Part shown: in pieces, positions 1 through 9,369 of the stretch
How positions within the stretch are numbered: the stretch's first letter is position 1
Layout of the letters: each line of letters begins with the position of its first letter
IMG/VR virus record: IMGVR_UViG_3300021425_000006
DNA: 64,000 bases
Source of the DNA: a virus
Direction: 5' to 3' (one strand)
Notes under the pieces: generated by a model
What the model was told of the DNA's origin: nothing
Databases searched by the model: none
What the model saw: only the letters and a program-made list of their open reading frames with translations
Made by a program: the position numbers and the translations under genes

Positions 1-224
1 ATGCAAAAACATTGGGCGACACTTGCTTATTCGTTGCAGGAATATTCCCTGACTATAAATTAAACTCTAAGTACGTAAGCGATGTAGGCAAGTCAAGTTA
101 CATACATGTATCAGAAAGTTTACATAATGAATTATTTAAAACATTAGGTATACATTTTGACTATCTTAGTAAATTTTTGAATAGCATACAAGATAAGAAC
201 TCTTTGAGAACTAACTTCTTTTGA
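1..224 (+). CDS. Hypothetical protein, 5'-truncated by window edge
   Basis: Frame is open from the window start (AKTLGDTCLFVAGIFP...) to TGA at 222-224; the TTG at 12 is probably not the true start. Confidence 0.7.
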   Translation, partial: AKTLGDTCLFVAGIFPDYKLNSKYVSDVGKSSYIHVSESLHNELFKTLGIHFDYLSKFLNSIQDKNSLRTNFF

Positions 225-230
225 TAAATA
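225..230 (+). promoter_or_regulatory. TAAATA late promoter (T4 gp55-type -10 element)
   Basis: GATAAATA; the same motif precedes nearly every transcription unit in the window. Confidence 0.7.
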
Positions 231-235
231 CTTGT

Positions 236-311
236 GTCGATAGTGTGCCGCAAGGCGGACTTATGCTGTTTACCCACAGCGTAGCTCATAGAACGGGCAT
301 TGGACTACTAT
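236..311 (+). ncRNA. Candidate structured 5' leader RNA (multi-hairpin)
   Basis: GC-rich patch with hairpins TGCC-GCAA-GGCG (246-257), TATGCTGT-ttaccc-ACAGCGTA (262-283) and GCTC-atagaac-GGGC (284-298), between the late promoter and the SD. Confidence 0.5.
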
Positions 312-326
312 TATAGGAGAAAAAAA

Positions 327-776
327 ATGGGAAGACCACTTAATAAAAGATTGTTTGGAACGCCAACAGCGGCAGGCAACGAAATCAAAGTAAACTTTCA
401 TAACGGCACAGCAGTTAAAGAAGGTTATATTGTAAGGCAAAAAGCATCAAAGAAATTTGTATGTGAAGAAATTGAAACAGCAGGTGAATTTACTTGTACA
501 CTAACAACTGGTAAATTACCAGCGGCATTAGCAGCAGGCGAAATGGCTATTTCATTCAAAATGGATGATGAAGAAACTTACACAGTAAGTAAAATTTCTG
601 GACGTAAAGCTACATTGTCAGCACCAAGTGCAACAGGCTCAAACGCATATGATGGAAAATCAGTACCATGGAACTTTGCAACATCTACTTCAGATGGCGC
701 AGCACAAGTTGAAGAAGCTGGTGATGATAACACATTAGTCGGTACTGATGACGACGACTTCACAGAAGACGCATAA
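327..776 (+). CDS. Hypothetical, probable virion structural protein with acidic C-terminus
   Basis: SD AGGAG then ATG at 327 (MGRPLNKRLFG); late promoter upstream. Confidence 0.75.
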   Translation: MGRPLNKRLFGTPTAAGNEIKVNFHNGTAVKEGYIVRQKASKKFVCEEIETAGEFTCTLTTGKLPAALAAGEMAISFKMDDEETYTVSKISGRKATLSAPSATGSNAYDGKSVPWNFATSTSDGAAQVEEAGDDNTLVGTDDDDFTEDA

Positions 777-787
777 GGACTGAATTA

Positions 788-1153
788 ATGGAACGACCAA
801 TCAATGTTTTTTGGGATTTTATAAGAAATCTAAAAGACTTAGTCGTTTCGGTTAAAATAGGAAACTCTAAGGCAGATCCATTTGGGTCTGTTTTAGAGCA
901 ACTTAGCGAAACAGAATTTAAAGTTGAGGACACAAACGGAAATCAAGGAGTGTGTAAACTAGTAGAAAAACAAACAGATGATTTAGACAGCAACGAAATG
1001 TCTTTATTAGGATTTGTTTTATCAAGTTCGACATTTGTTTATATTTCCAAACTTGTTCGCAACATAATGGAAGATTTTGAAAATAATAAATTTAGTTGGG
1101 ACGTTGAAAATGATTCAACAACCAACATACTAATTTTAACAGGGAAAATATAA
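788..1153 (+). CDS. Hypothetical protein, distant paralogue of the upstream gene
   Basis: ORF with SD AAGGA; shares a Q..E..F.V...G.C.L......EM pattern with 327..776. Confidence 0.7.
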   Translation: MERPINVFWDFIRNLKDLVVSVKIGNSKADPFGSVLEQLSETEFKVEDTNGNQGVCKLVEKQTDDLDSNEMSLLGFVLSSSTFVYISKLVRNIMEDFENNKFSWDVENDSTTNILILTGKI

Positions 1154-2245
1154 ATGGCAAGATATTCTAAAATAGATGGAAACTATGTTTTAGCTGTTAC
1201 TGACGGCGGAGAAATTAAACTCGACGTAGGTCCAAATGCCAGCGGCGGTACTGTTAGAATTACAGGTGATTTAGTTGTTGAAGGAGAGACTACGACAATT
1301 GAAACAACTGAATTAAAAGTTGAAGATAGAATTATTACACTTAATCAAACTTCAGCAGCTATTGCAGCTGTTCCTGGTAGAGTAGCAGGACTTGAAGTTT
1401 ACAGAGGATCATCTGATGAAGTTTACTTTGTATTTGATGAGGACGTTGAAAACGGTCCAGGTAACTTACTTGGATACGGTGCATGGGCAGCTAGAAAAGT
1501 AGTTCCATCGACATCGGGTTCAACGTTATTAGGACTTCAGACAAACAGCATTGATACTAAAGGTGCTAGTTTATATCTTATAAATCAAGGCAGTGGTGCT
1601 ATTGTTACAGTTGAAGGTTGTGTTGACTATCAAGAAAACATATATCCTTACGTAACACCAGGTAGCAATGATATTGATGTTAACTCAGCAATTACTAAAC
1701 CAGATGGACTTGTTAACGCACAAGCAGTTGCAGACTATACACAATCATTTTTCCAAGGTAGATTCCAAGATAAAATTCAAGAAGGAACAACTACTACTTC
1801 GTCAGTTGAAGTTTTTGACTTTGAAGTAGCAGGCGCATTAGATCCTTCCGATCCAGGATACCGTTCAGAAAGTCAAATTGAATTTGAACTTGACGGTACC
1901 GTAGTAAGTAGATTCTTTGGTGGCAAAGTTCAGTTACAACATATTGAAATTGACGACACTACTATATCAACAACATCAGCAAGTGATTTAGTAATAAAAG
2001 CACCAGGAACTAACAGTGTAAGAATAGATGATATATTACATTTAACGCCAGGACCATTTGATAATGATGCTAACTTAGGCGTTGATGCTGATACAACAAA
2101 ACCTGATTATCCAACGTCAGGAATCAAAGTGTATGCTGACACCGAATCAGTTGGTGGCACAGGCTTACATTTTGTAAATAGTAATAACAAGGCAGACGAA
2201 GTAATTAGTCGTAATAGAGCTATATTATATTCGATGATATTTTAG
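1154..2245 (+). CDS. Virion structural protein (tail/baseplate associated)
   Basis: ITGDLVVEGETTT...VEDRIITLN motif typical of phage fibre proteins; one IDDTTISTT..DL...PGT repeat. Confidence 0.65.
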   Translation: MARYSKIDGNYVLAVTDGGEIKLDVGPNASGGTVRITGDLVVEGETTTIETTELKVEDRIITLNQTSAAIAAVPGRVAGLEVYRGSSDEVYFVFDEDVENGPGNLLGYGAWAARKVVPSTSGSTLLGLQTNSIDTKGASLYLINQGSGAIVTVEGCVDYQENIYPYVTPGSNDIDVNSAITKPDGLVNAQAVADYTQSFFQGRFQDKIQEGTTTTSSVEVFDFEVAGALDPSDPGYRSESQIEFELDGTVVSRFFGGKVQLQHIEIDDTTISTTSASDLVIKAPGTNSVRIDDILHLTPGPFDNDANLGVDADTTKPDYPTSGIKVYADTESVGGTGLHFVNSNNKADEVISRNRAILYSMIF

Positions 2246-2255
2246 AGGATAAGAA

Positions 2256-2642
2256 ATGGCAATACATAATGTACAAATTGGTAGCAACGATGACGGTAAC
2301 GGTCGTACTAGCCTTTTACCAGATAGTAACCCAGGCGGTGCTGCAGACTTCCGTGTTCCGGTAGGTAAAAAATGGGCTATTACAACTATACTATTTTGTA
2401 ATACAGGAATAGCAGATCCTGACACACCAAATAGTGATTTAACATATTTAAGTTTGCACTTTGTAAAAGGTGGCGAGCCAGCAGGGGATAAAAACTTAGT
2501 TCTTAACGCCATTCCAATACCAGGTGGTGAAACTTTTACGTTTGACACAGAAAAAATAATTTTAGAAGAAAACGACTTAGTATATGCACTTACTACATCA
2601 CCAGAAGTTATTAGTGCAACAATTAGTTATTTGGAAGTATAA
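2256..2642 (+). CDS. Small structural partner protein
   Basis: VP...AITTILFCN...IP.GETF.F..EKIILE pattern; related to 15043..15372 and 29748..30068. Confidence 0.65.
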   Translation: MAIHNVQIGSNDDGNGRTSLLPDSNPGGAADFRVPVGKKWAITTILFCNTGIADPDTPNSDLTYLSLHFVKGGEPAGDKNLVLNAIPIPGGETFTFDTEKIILEENDLVYALTTSPEVISATISYLEV

Positions 2643-3166
2643 TGAGATACATTCGTAGGCAAAGTACAAACACAAGAGGACTTGTAGGCAAAGGTGTTAA
2701 CTACACAGTCGACGACGAAGTTCGCCTTGATAGTGCGAATGCTGTATTAGTACCAAAAGGGTCTACAGCAGAGCGTCCTACCTATCCAAATAACGGACAT
2801 CTACGTTACAATACAGATGAAAATAAATTCGAACTTTATGAAGCCGGTGCATGGAGATCTGCAAGATTTTCAGAGCCAGTACGTGCAGGCATTAAAGTAC
2901 AAACGCTTGGCCTTGGTGATGCATCAGAACAATTTTTTGGAGTATTAGACAGCGGCGATACAGACTATCCTGTTCCAGTAGCACCACAAAATATTTTAGT
3001 TTTTGTTGAAAACGTTTTTCAACTTCCAGCAAATGAACACGGAGTTGGCGGCAACTACGATATCGTTCAAAATCCAGCAGGAAAACCAACAGGATATTAT
3101 ATCTACTTTAACGAAGCTCCTCCAGTAGGCAAACCTGTTACTGTTATCCATAACTTCGACAAATAA
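2642..3166 (+). CDS. Structural protein with P.G.TA.RP..G..RYN module
   Basis: VPKGSTAERP...GHLRYNTDENKFELY; C-terminal ILVFVENVFQ.P...F.EAPP.G..V.VIH baseplate-wedge-type repeat. Confidence 0.65.
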   Translation: MRYIRRQSTNTRGLVGKGVNYTVDDEVRLDSANAVLVPKGSTAERPTYPNNGHLRYNTDENKFELYEAGAWRSARFSEPVRAGIKVQTLGLGDASEQFFGVLDSGDTDYPVPVAPQNILVFVENVFQLPANEHGVGGNYDIVQNPAGKPTGYYIYFNEAPPVGKPVTVIHNFDK

Positions 3167-3175
3167 GTTTTCCGC

Positions 3176-3181
3176 TAAATA
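3176..3181 (+). promoter_or_regulatory. TAAATA late promoter
   Basis: GCTAAATA 25 nt upstream of ATG 3207, with SD AAGGA. Confidence 0.65.
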
Positions 3182-3206
3182 CTGTATATAAGGAACTAAT
3201 TGCAGT

Positions 3207-6200
3207 ATGGCACAACTCGGTAGAATTTCAGGACCAATATTAAAAGAAAACCTTTTACGTGAAGGTGTGGATATTGCTTTTGAAACAGACTTACTTTATA
3301 TTGATGTAAACAACGATAGGATTGGTGTTAGAACCAACTCGCCTTCCAACGACTTTCATGTCGATGGCACAATTAGAACAACTGATATAATAGTTGACAC
3401 ACTTGCTCAATTTGATGATGTATACATGCAACCTACTGGAAACATAGGAATCATGTTTGGAGATTTAAATTTTAATCCTACTAGAAGTGTTGTTGTTCCT
3501 GGTACATTAGAAACTGAAGATATACAAATATCAGACTACTACATTGCTACTAAAGATGCTAATCAAAATTTAGAATTACGTACAAATGGTGTCGGCACAG
3601 TTGAAACAAATGACTTACAAGTAAATGCTAATTTACATGCAACTGGTGACATTACAGCCGATGGTAATATTATACTAGGTAGTGATGATACAGATAATAT
3701 TACTTTTAATGCAGATGTAATTAGTAATATTATACCAGATCAAAACGATACATTTGACCTAGGCGAAACAAACAAAACATGGAATAACTTATACACTAAA
3801 TTTGTTAATGGTCAAGAAGTTGGTGTACAAGGAGCATTGATTGCAGGTGTTAATCCGTTCTTAGATGTAGGCAATAGTTACTATGTTACTAAAAATGGTG
3901 ACGATTCAAATTCAGGTTTACATACATACGAAGCATTTCTAACTCTTAAGTATGCTTGTTCTCAAGCATCGTCAGGCGATACTATTATTGTTTTTGCAGG
4001 AGAATACGAAGAAGCATTTCCAATAGAAGTTCCAGAAGGTGTTACTATTAAAGGTAACGACTTTAGAAATACAATTATTAAACCAACTGTTGCAACTAAC
4101 AATAATGACTGTTTCTTACTTAACGGTGAAACTTCAATACTACATCTTACAATTAAAGACTTTTATTACGACAGTATTAATAATGAAGGACATGCATTTA
4201 GATTTGCTAATAATGCAACGATCACTTCAAGAAGTCCGTATATACAAGATGTCACAGTAATTACAAAAGGCAGTGTTACAAGTGCAAGCGACCCTAGAGG
4301 ATTTAATCAAGGCGATGCAGGTAAAGGCGTTCTAGTAGATGGAGCAAGCGTATTAAACACAAGTGAAGAAGCAAGTATGTTGTTCCACAGTTGTACTTTT
4401 ATTACGCCAGGTGTTGATGCACTTACAATGACCAACGGGGTAAGAGTTGAATGGCTTAACTGTTTTACATATTTTGCCAACAGAGGGTTATATGCCGTTA
4501 ACGGTGTAACAGGACATCTAAGTACAGACGGAAGCACACTCAAATATGGCGGTGAGTTACGCTCAATTGGCAGTGCAAACATTTATGGTAATTATGGTGC
4601 TGTAGCAGACGGTGCTGATTCTTTAATGTATCTAATACAACACAACTTTGGATACATTGGAGCAGGCAAAGACGTAACTAATGATACAGGACTTGCACTT
4701 CAAAGTCAAGAAGTAAACGAATCAAATTCAGGTAAAATATATTATAGTTCAACTGACCACTTAGGTAACTTTAGGGTTGGAGATTCTTTCTTTGTTGATT
4801 TTGAAAATGGTAATACTACAGTTGACCTAGATAGTTTAACAGCAAACGCATTAAGAGGATTGACTATTACAACTAATGGTGATTCTACTATAATTGCAGG
4901 AACATCAGTTAGTACAGGTAATTTAAGATTTTTAGGAAATGATATTACGTCCTTCCAAGGACCAATTAATGTTTCTGCTAGTTCAGGTACAATTAACTTA
5001 ACTAATAACACTTCAGTTGACAACGATTTAGATGTTACTGGAAATTTAAGTTTCGGCGGAACATTAAATGTATTAGGTAATGAAGGTGCAGACACATTAG
5101 ACTTTAATGTAGATTTTGATCAAGACTTTGAGCCACATACAACTGGAAACTTTGATTTAGGTAAATCAAACAAACTTTGGAATACAGTATTTTCGTCAAA
5201 AGCTGATATCCAAAATATTACAATACAAGATAATTTTATTACTACAGTTGATTCAAACACCTCCTTAGAGCTACGAGCAAACAGCACAGGCAATGTTTTA
5301 GTTAGTGGTAATAATGTACAAGTAAACAACGATCTTGCTGTTAGCGGGCTTACAACGCTGTCTAACACGGGGATTACAGGCACATTAACACATACAGGAA
5401 ATTATGTACAAACAGGCGATGCTTCAGTTACTAACTCAACAGTAACAGGGTATATTGATGTAAGTGGATCAGCACAGTTTGAAGAAATATTAATCGATGA
5501 TAACTTCATTACAACTACTACATCAAATACTGATTTAGAGTTACGTGCAAATGGCACAGGCGAAGTACTAATACCAAATAACAATGTTACTATAACTAAT
5601 AACTTAACTGTAACTAATGATATTAATAATACCGGTAATGTTGATGTAACTACTACTACTGAATTTAATACTGCCATTATTAATGACATTACTATAGTTG
5701 GTAATGAAATTAAAACTAATAACGGAAATAGAGATTTAGAATTCCGTGCTGCCGGCGGCAACTCAAACTATAAAGTAAGACTACTCGATGATGTTGAAAT
5801 GGGTCAAGCATTAACTGTTGATACATTACTAGATGTAAACAATACAACTGTTAACGGAACTATTACGCACACTGGCGATAGAACTCAGACAGGAAATTAT
5901 ACATTATCTGGAGAACTACTTACTCCTGAAATACGTATTGAAGACAACTTTATTACAACTACTAATTCAAATGCAGATCTTGAATTAAGAACACATCCAG
6001 CAGAAATAATAGTAGCAGGTGCTGAAAGATGGGGACAGGCTGTTAATAATAATAGTATTAGACATTCGTCGGCCCGATTTGGTTATGACGGAGTTAATAC
6101 TAACGGAATCTACGAAAGCCCAGTTGCTAATCTAGTAGTAGGACAAGAATATTATATAAGATATAAAGGCGCAAATAATGCTATTATAAGTGTTCCAAGA

Positions 6201-9200
6201 ACATATAGAGGTTATGCACCTAGCATATCAGGTCTTACTGTTCAGGATTTTTGGATTGAGAATACTAACTCTGGATCATTTAGTCCAAACGACTTTACGT
6301 TGTTAATTGGCTGGGGAACAGGAGGAACACAATTCAACGGTGGTGAAAACCCTACTGGGTGGTACGGCACTAATGGTAGTAACTTTCTTCCTACAACAGA
6401 CAAGTCAGTACAGTTTATACCTGTTGTAGATTACTCAGGCAACATTACAGTAACAGGTAATGATGTAGTAATTACAAACGACTTAACAGTTAGCACAGAC
6501 ACCGACATTGATGATGTTACATTAACAGGCTTACTAACTGTAAACAGTCCTTATAATCAAACCGGAACCACTGCCATTTCAGGACAAGTAGCACTTAATA
6601 ATACAATATTATTAGATTCTAATATAGTATCAGTTACAGCAACAGATACTGATTTAGATCTACGTGCAAATGGCACAGGTGAAGTAACAATGCCATTTAA
6701 CGATGTTGAATTTAGACAAGATTTAACAGTAAATGGTACAACAACACTTAATGGATCATATATTATAAACGGTGAAATGACCCATGTTGGCGATATTAAT
6801 CAACAAGGTAATTTCTATCTCAGTGGCGAACTTATTAGTGACGAATTAAAAATTGAAGACAACTTCATTACAACTGTTACATCAAACAGTGATTTAGAAC
6901 TACGTGCAAGCGGCGCCGGCAATGTTACTATACAAGGTAACGATGTAACACTTGGTCAAGATTTAACAGTAAGTGGTTTAACAACATTATATCCAACTTC
7001 AATAACAGGATTATTAACACATACCGGAACAAGAACACAAGTAGGTGATTATTCTATTTCTGGAGAGTTTAATCTTAACGATATAAAAATTGAAGACAAT
7101 TTTATCACAACTACAACATTAAATAGTAATTTAGAATTACGTTCTGCTTCAGATCCAATTACAGTTAATGATAATTTACAAATACCAAATAATTTAACTA
7201 TTAACGGAACTAGCACATTAGCAAATACTAATATTGACGGATTGCTTACTCTTAACGGAACATGGAATCAAACAGGTAATAGTAGTATTACTGGTAATGT
7301 AGATGTTGATGATTTTAGAATAAGCGGATCGACTATTGAAACAACAACTTCGTCAGCAGACTTAGAACTGTTAGCAAATGGCTCTGGGCTAGTTAAATTT
7401 GGTCCTAATGATGTTGACTTTGATCAAGATTTAACAGTTAACGGAACAACAACAATAGGATTGTTCCCTGCATTTTCATATGTAAATATTAATGGCACAC
7501 TAACCCATGTTGGAAATACTACACAAACTGGTAATAAACAAGTAACAGGTAATGTCACAGTAACACAAGACATAGATGTAAGTTCACAAGCACAGTTTGA
7601 AGAAATACTTGTTGACGGAAATAGTATAACAACTACTACAACAAATAGTGATTTAGAACTACGTGCAAATGGTACTGGTGATGTTATTTCTCAAAATCAA
7701 ATGACAGTTAGTAATGATGTAAGTGTTGCAAGTATTACAACTGGAGATATAAATGTTACACAAGATATTAATTTAGATGATATTGTTGTAAACAGTAACA
7801 ACATACAAATTAATGACAACTACATTGAAACTACAATATCAAACAGTAATTTAGAGTTAAGAGCAGAACCAAATGGTTCAGTTAATATTCAAACTGATTT
7901 AATTATTACAAATAATAATTTAACTGTTAATGGTCAAACAACTTTAGCAGATACTAATATTACAGGAGTACTAACACGTACAGGTAATACTAATCAAACT
8001 GGTGATGCTGTTATAAATGGTAATGTAATATTAGGATCAGATTTAGAAATTAATGCTAAAGTTGCGTTTGAAGAAATTGTAATTGATGATAATATTATTA
8101 CAACTACGTCATCAAATGCAAACTTAGAACTCCGAGCAGCCGGTACTGGTATGGTTTTAATACCAAATAACAGTGCTAGTATAACAAACAATTTATCAGT
8201 AGGAACACTCAACTCAGATAACATAATAATTAACAATACGTTTGCATTAGAGAATATGGTTAGTAGTACAGATATAGACATATTTGATAATGTTATTACA
8301 ACTACTAATTCAAGCAGCGATCTTGAACTACGTGCAAACGGTACTGGTTCTATCTACTTACAAGATTTAGAATTTAATACTAATATCATACAAACAGAAA
8401 GTAGTGATATTGTACTCCAACCAAGTAGTGAACTAATTATTAATAGTACTGGATCATTACAAATTCCAATTGGAACAGCTAGTGAGATAATACTTGCAGG
8501 AACAGGATCAATTGACGGTGGAACAGCAAGTGTTACTGGATTAATAGTTGACGGTGGAACGGCATCAACTGTATTTACAGGCAGTGACCCAGTATATAAT
8601 GCCGCTGGAGCTGCATCAGGCGGTTCTAACTTAGGCGAAATTGGAACATTACGTTATAACTCAACAGATAATGCGTATGAAGGATTTGCTCAATCAGTAT
8701 TAACATTTGGTTCAGTATCGTCAGACGACAGAAAAACTAAATTAACAGTACATCCAACAAACAACACTATATCTTTCATTGTAAATAATACTACAGTTGG
8801 TACAGTTAGTTCAACAGGAATAGATATACATGGTTTACAAGTTGACGATATTAGTATTCAAGATACGACAATATCTACAAACAACACCAATGCAGATCTT
8901 GATTTAGTTGCAACTGGCACAGGCAAGGTATTACTAGAAAATGTAGCAGTTGATTACGGACTTATGGATATTGATACCATAGGCGGCACCGGAACACATA
9001 CTGTAGTATTCCCAGGCAACCATGCTGTTAAATTTCCATCAGGAACAACAGCACAACGACCAGTAAACCCAGTTTTAGGACAGACACGCCATAACAGCAC
9101 AACTAATGAATTAGAAACTTGGATCGGAACTAAGTGGCAAAATTCCGCAGGTGAGTTTGATGCAATTACTGCTCAAGAAATGGAAGACGAAGCACTAATT

Positions 9201-9221
9201 CAGACTCTTATATACGGCTAA
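3207..9221 (+). CDS. Giant tail fibre/baseplate protein (2004 aa) with pectin-lyase-like beta-helix and about 15 fibre repeats
   Basis: YYVTKNGDD..G...FLTL..A......GDTI.V.AG.Y.E beta-helix start; repeated I.DNFITT..SN.DLELRANGTG; paralogue of 9370..15036. Confidence 0.75.
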   Translation: MAQLGRISGPILKENLLREGVDIAFETDLLYIDVNNDRIGVRTNSPSNDFHVDGTIRTTDIIVDTLAQFDDVYMQPTGNIGIMFGDLNFNPTRSVVVPGTLETEDIQISDYYIATKDANQNLELRTNGVGTVETNDLQVNANLHATGDITADGNIILGSDDTDNITFNADVISNIIPDQNDTFDLGETNKTWNNLYTKFVNGQEVGVQGALIAGVNPFLDVGNSYYVTKNGDDSNSGLHTYEAFLTLKYACSQASSGDTIIVFAGEYEEAFPIEVPEGVTIKGNDFRNTIIKPTVATNNNDCFLLNGETSILHLTIKDFYYDSINNEGHAFRFANNATITSRSPYIQDVTVITKGSVTSASDPRGFNQGDAGKGVLVDGASVLNTSEEASMLFHSCTFITPGVDALTMTNGVRVEWLNCFTYFANRGLYAVNGVTGHLSTDGSTLKYGGELRSIGSANIYGNYGAVADGADSLMYLIQHNFGYIGAGKDVTNDTGLALQSQEVNESNSGKIYYSSTDHLGNFRVGDSFFVDFENGNTTVDLDSLTANALRGLTITTNGDSTIIAGTSVSTGNLRFLGNDITSFQGPINVSASSGTINLTNNTSVDNDLDVTGNLSFGGTLNVLGNEGADTLDFNVDFDQDFEPHTTGNFDLGKSNKLWNTVFSSKADIQNITIQDNFITTVDSNTSLELRANSTGNVLVSGNNVQVNNDLAVSGLTTLSNTGITGTLTHTGNYVQTGDASVTNSTVTGYIDVSGSAQFEEILIDDNFITTTTSNTDLELRANGTGEVLIPNNNVTITNNLTVTNDINNTGNVDVTTTTEFNTAIINDITIVGNEIKTNNGNRDLEFRAAGGNSNYKVRLLDDVEMGQALTVDTLLDVNNTTVNGTITHTGDRTQTGNYTLSGELLTPEIRIEDNFITTTNSNADLELRTHPAEIIVAGAERWGQAVNNNSIRHSSARFGYDGVNTNGIYESPVANLVVGQEYYIRYKGANNAIISVPRTYRGYAPSISGLTVQDFWIENTNSGSFSPNDFTLLIGWGTGGTQFNGGENPTGWYGTNGSNFLPTTDKSVQFIPVVDYSGNITVTGNDVVITNDLTVSTDTDIDDVTLTGLLTVNSPYNQTGTTAISGQVALNNTILLDSNIVSVTATDTDLDLRANGTGEVTMPFNDVEFRQDLTVNGTTTLNGSYIINGEMTHVGDINQQGNFYLSGELISDELKIEDNFITTVTSNSDLELRASGAGNVTIQGNDVTLGQDLTVSGLTTLYPTSITGLLTHTGTRTQVGDYSISGEFNLNDIKIEDNFITTTTLNSNLELRSASDPITVNDNLQIPNNLTINGTSTLANTNIDGLLTLNGTWNQTGNSSITGNVDVDDFRISGSTIETTTSSADLELLANGSGLVKFGPNDVDFDQDLTVNGTTTIGLFPAFSYVNINGTLTHVGNTTQTGNKQVTGNVTVTQDIDVSSQAQFEEILVDGNSITTTTTNSDLELRANGTGDVISQNQMTVSNDVSVASITTGDINVTQDINLDDIVVNSNNIQINDNYIETTISNSNLELRAEPNGSVNIQTDLIITNNNLTVNGQTTLADTNITGVLTRTGNTNQTGDAVINGNVILGSDLEINAKVAFEEIVIDDNIITTTSSNANLELRAAGTGMVLIPNNSASITNNLSVGTLNSDNIIINNTFALENMVSSTDIDIFDNVITTTNSSSDLELRANGTGSIYLQDLEFNTNIIQTESSDIVLQPSSELIINSTGSLQIPIGTASEIILAGTGSIDGGTASVTGLIVDGGTASTVFTGSDPVYNAAGAASGGSNLGEIGTLRYNSTDNAYEGFAQSVLTFGSVSSDDRKTKLTVHPTNNTISFIVNNTTVGTVSSTGIDIHGLQVDDISIQDTTISTNNTNADLDLVATGTGKVLLENVAVDYGLMDIDTIGGTGTHTVVFPGNHAVKFPSGTTAQRPVNPVLGQTRHNSTTNELETWIGTKWQNSAGEFDAITAQEMEDEALIQTLIYG
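5215..8930 (+). repeat. Tandem coding repeats (consensus IDDNFITTTTSN.DLELRANGTGEV, roughly 60-90 aa period)
   Basis: Visible in protein and DNA (gataac/tttat.acaactac...gatttagaa.tacgtgcaaa.ggcac.gg). Confidence 0.85.
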
Positions 9222-9245
9222 CTCCTACCTTTTTAACTTAATCGA

Positions 9246-9251
9246 TAAATA
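9246..9251 (+). promoter_or_regulatory. TAAATA late promoter
   Basis: CGATAAATA in the intergenic region. Confidence 0.7.
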
Positions 9252-9258
9252 CTATTAA

Positions 9259-9353
9259 TGCAGTGCAGCGACCAATTGTATTGCAGACAACAAACTGTGG
9301 TTAGCCAGCAAAGATCTTTCGAGATGAAAATTAGGCTAGAGGGACAGGATCCC
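9259..9353 (+). ncRNA. Candidate structured 5' leader RNA
   Basis: Stems 9259-9268/9276-9285, and 9301-9306/9334-9339 enclosing ATCT-TTCG-AGAT, and GGGA-cagga-TCCC (9341-9353) just before SD AAGGAG. Confidence 0.55.
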
Positions 9354-9369
9354 CGTTAAAGGAGAAAAG

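Noticed and set aside
9286-9340. c-di-GMP-I riboswitch (CAAAC...GCAAAG words)
   Set aside because: Lacks the GNRA-capped P2 and tetraloop-receptor layout; kept only as an unclassified structured leader
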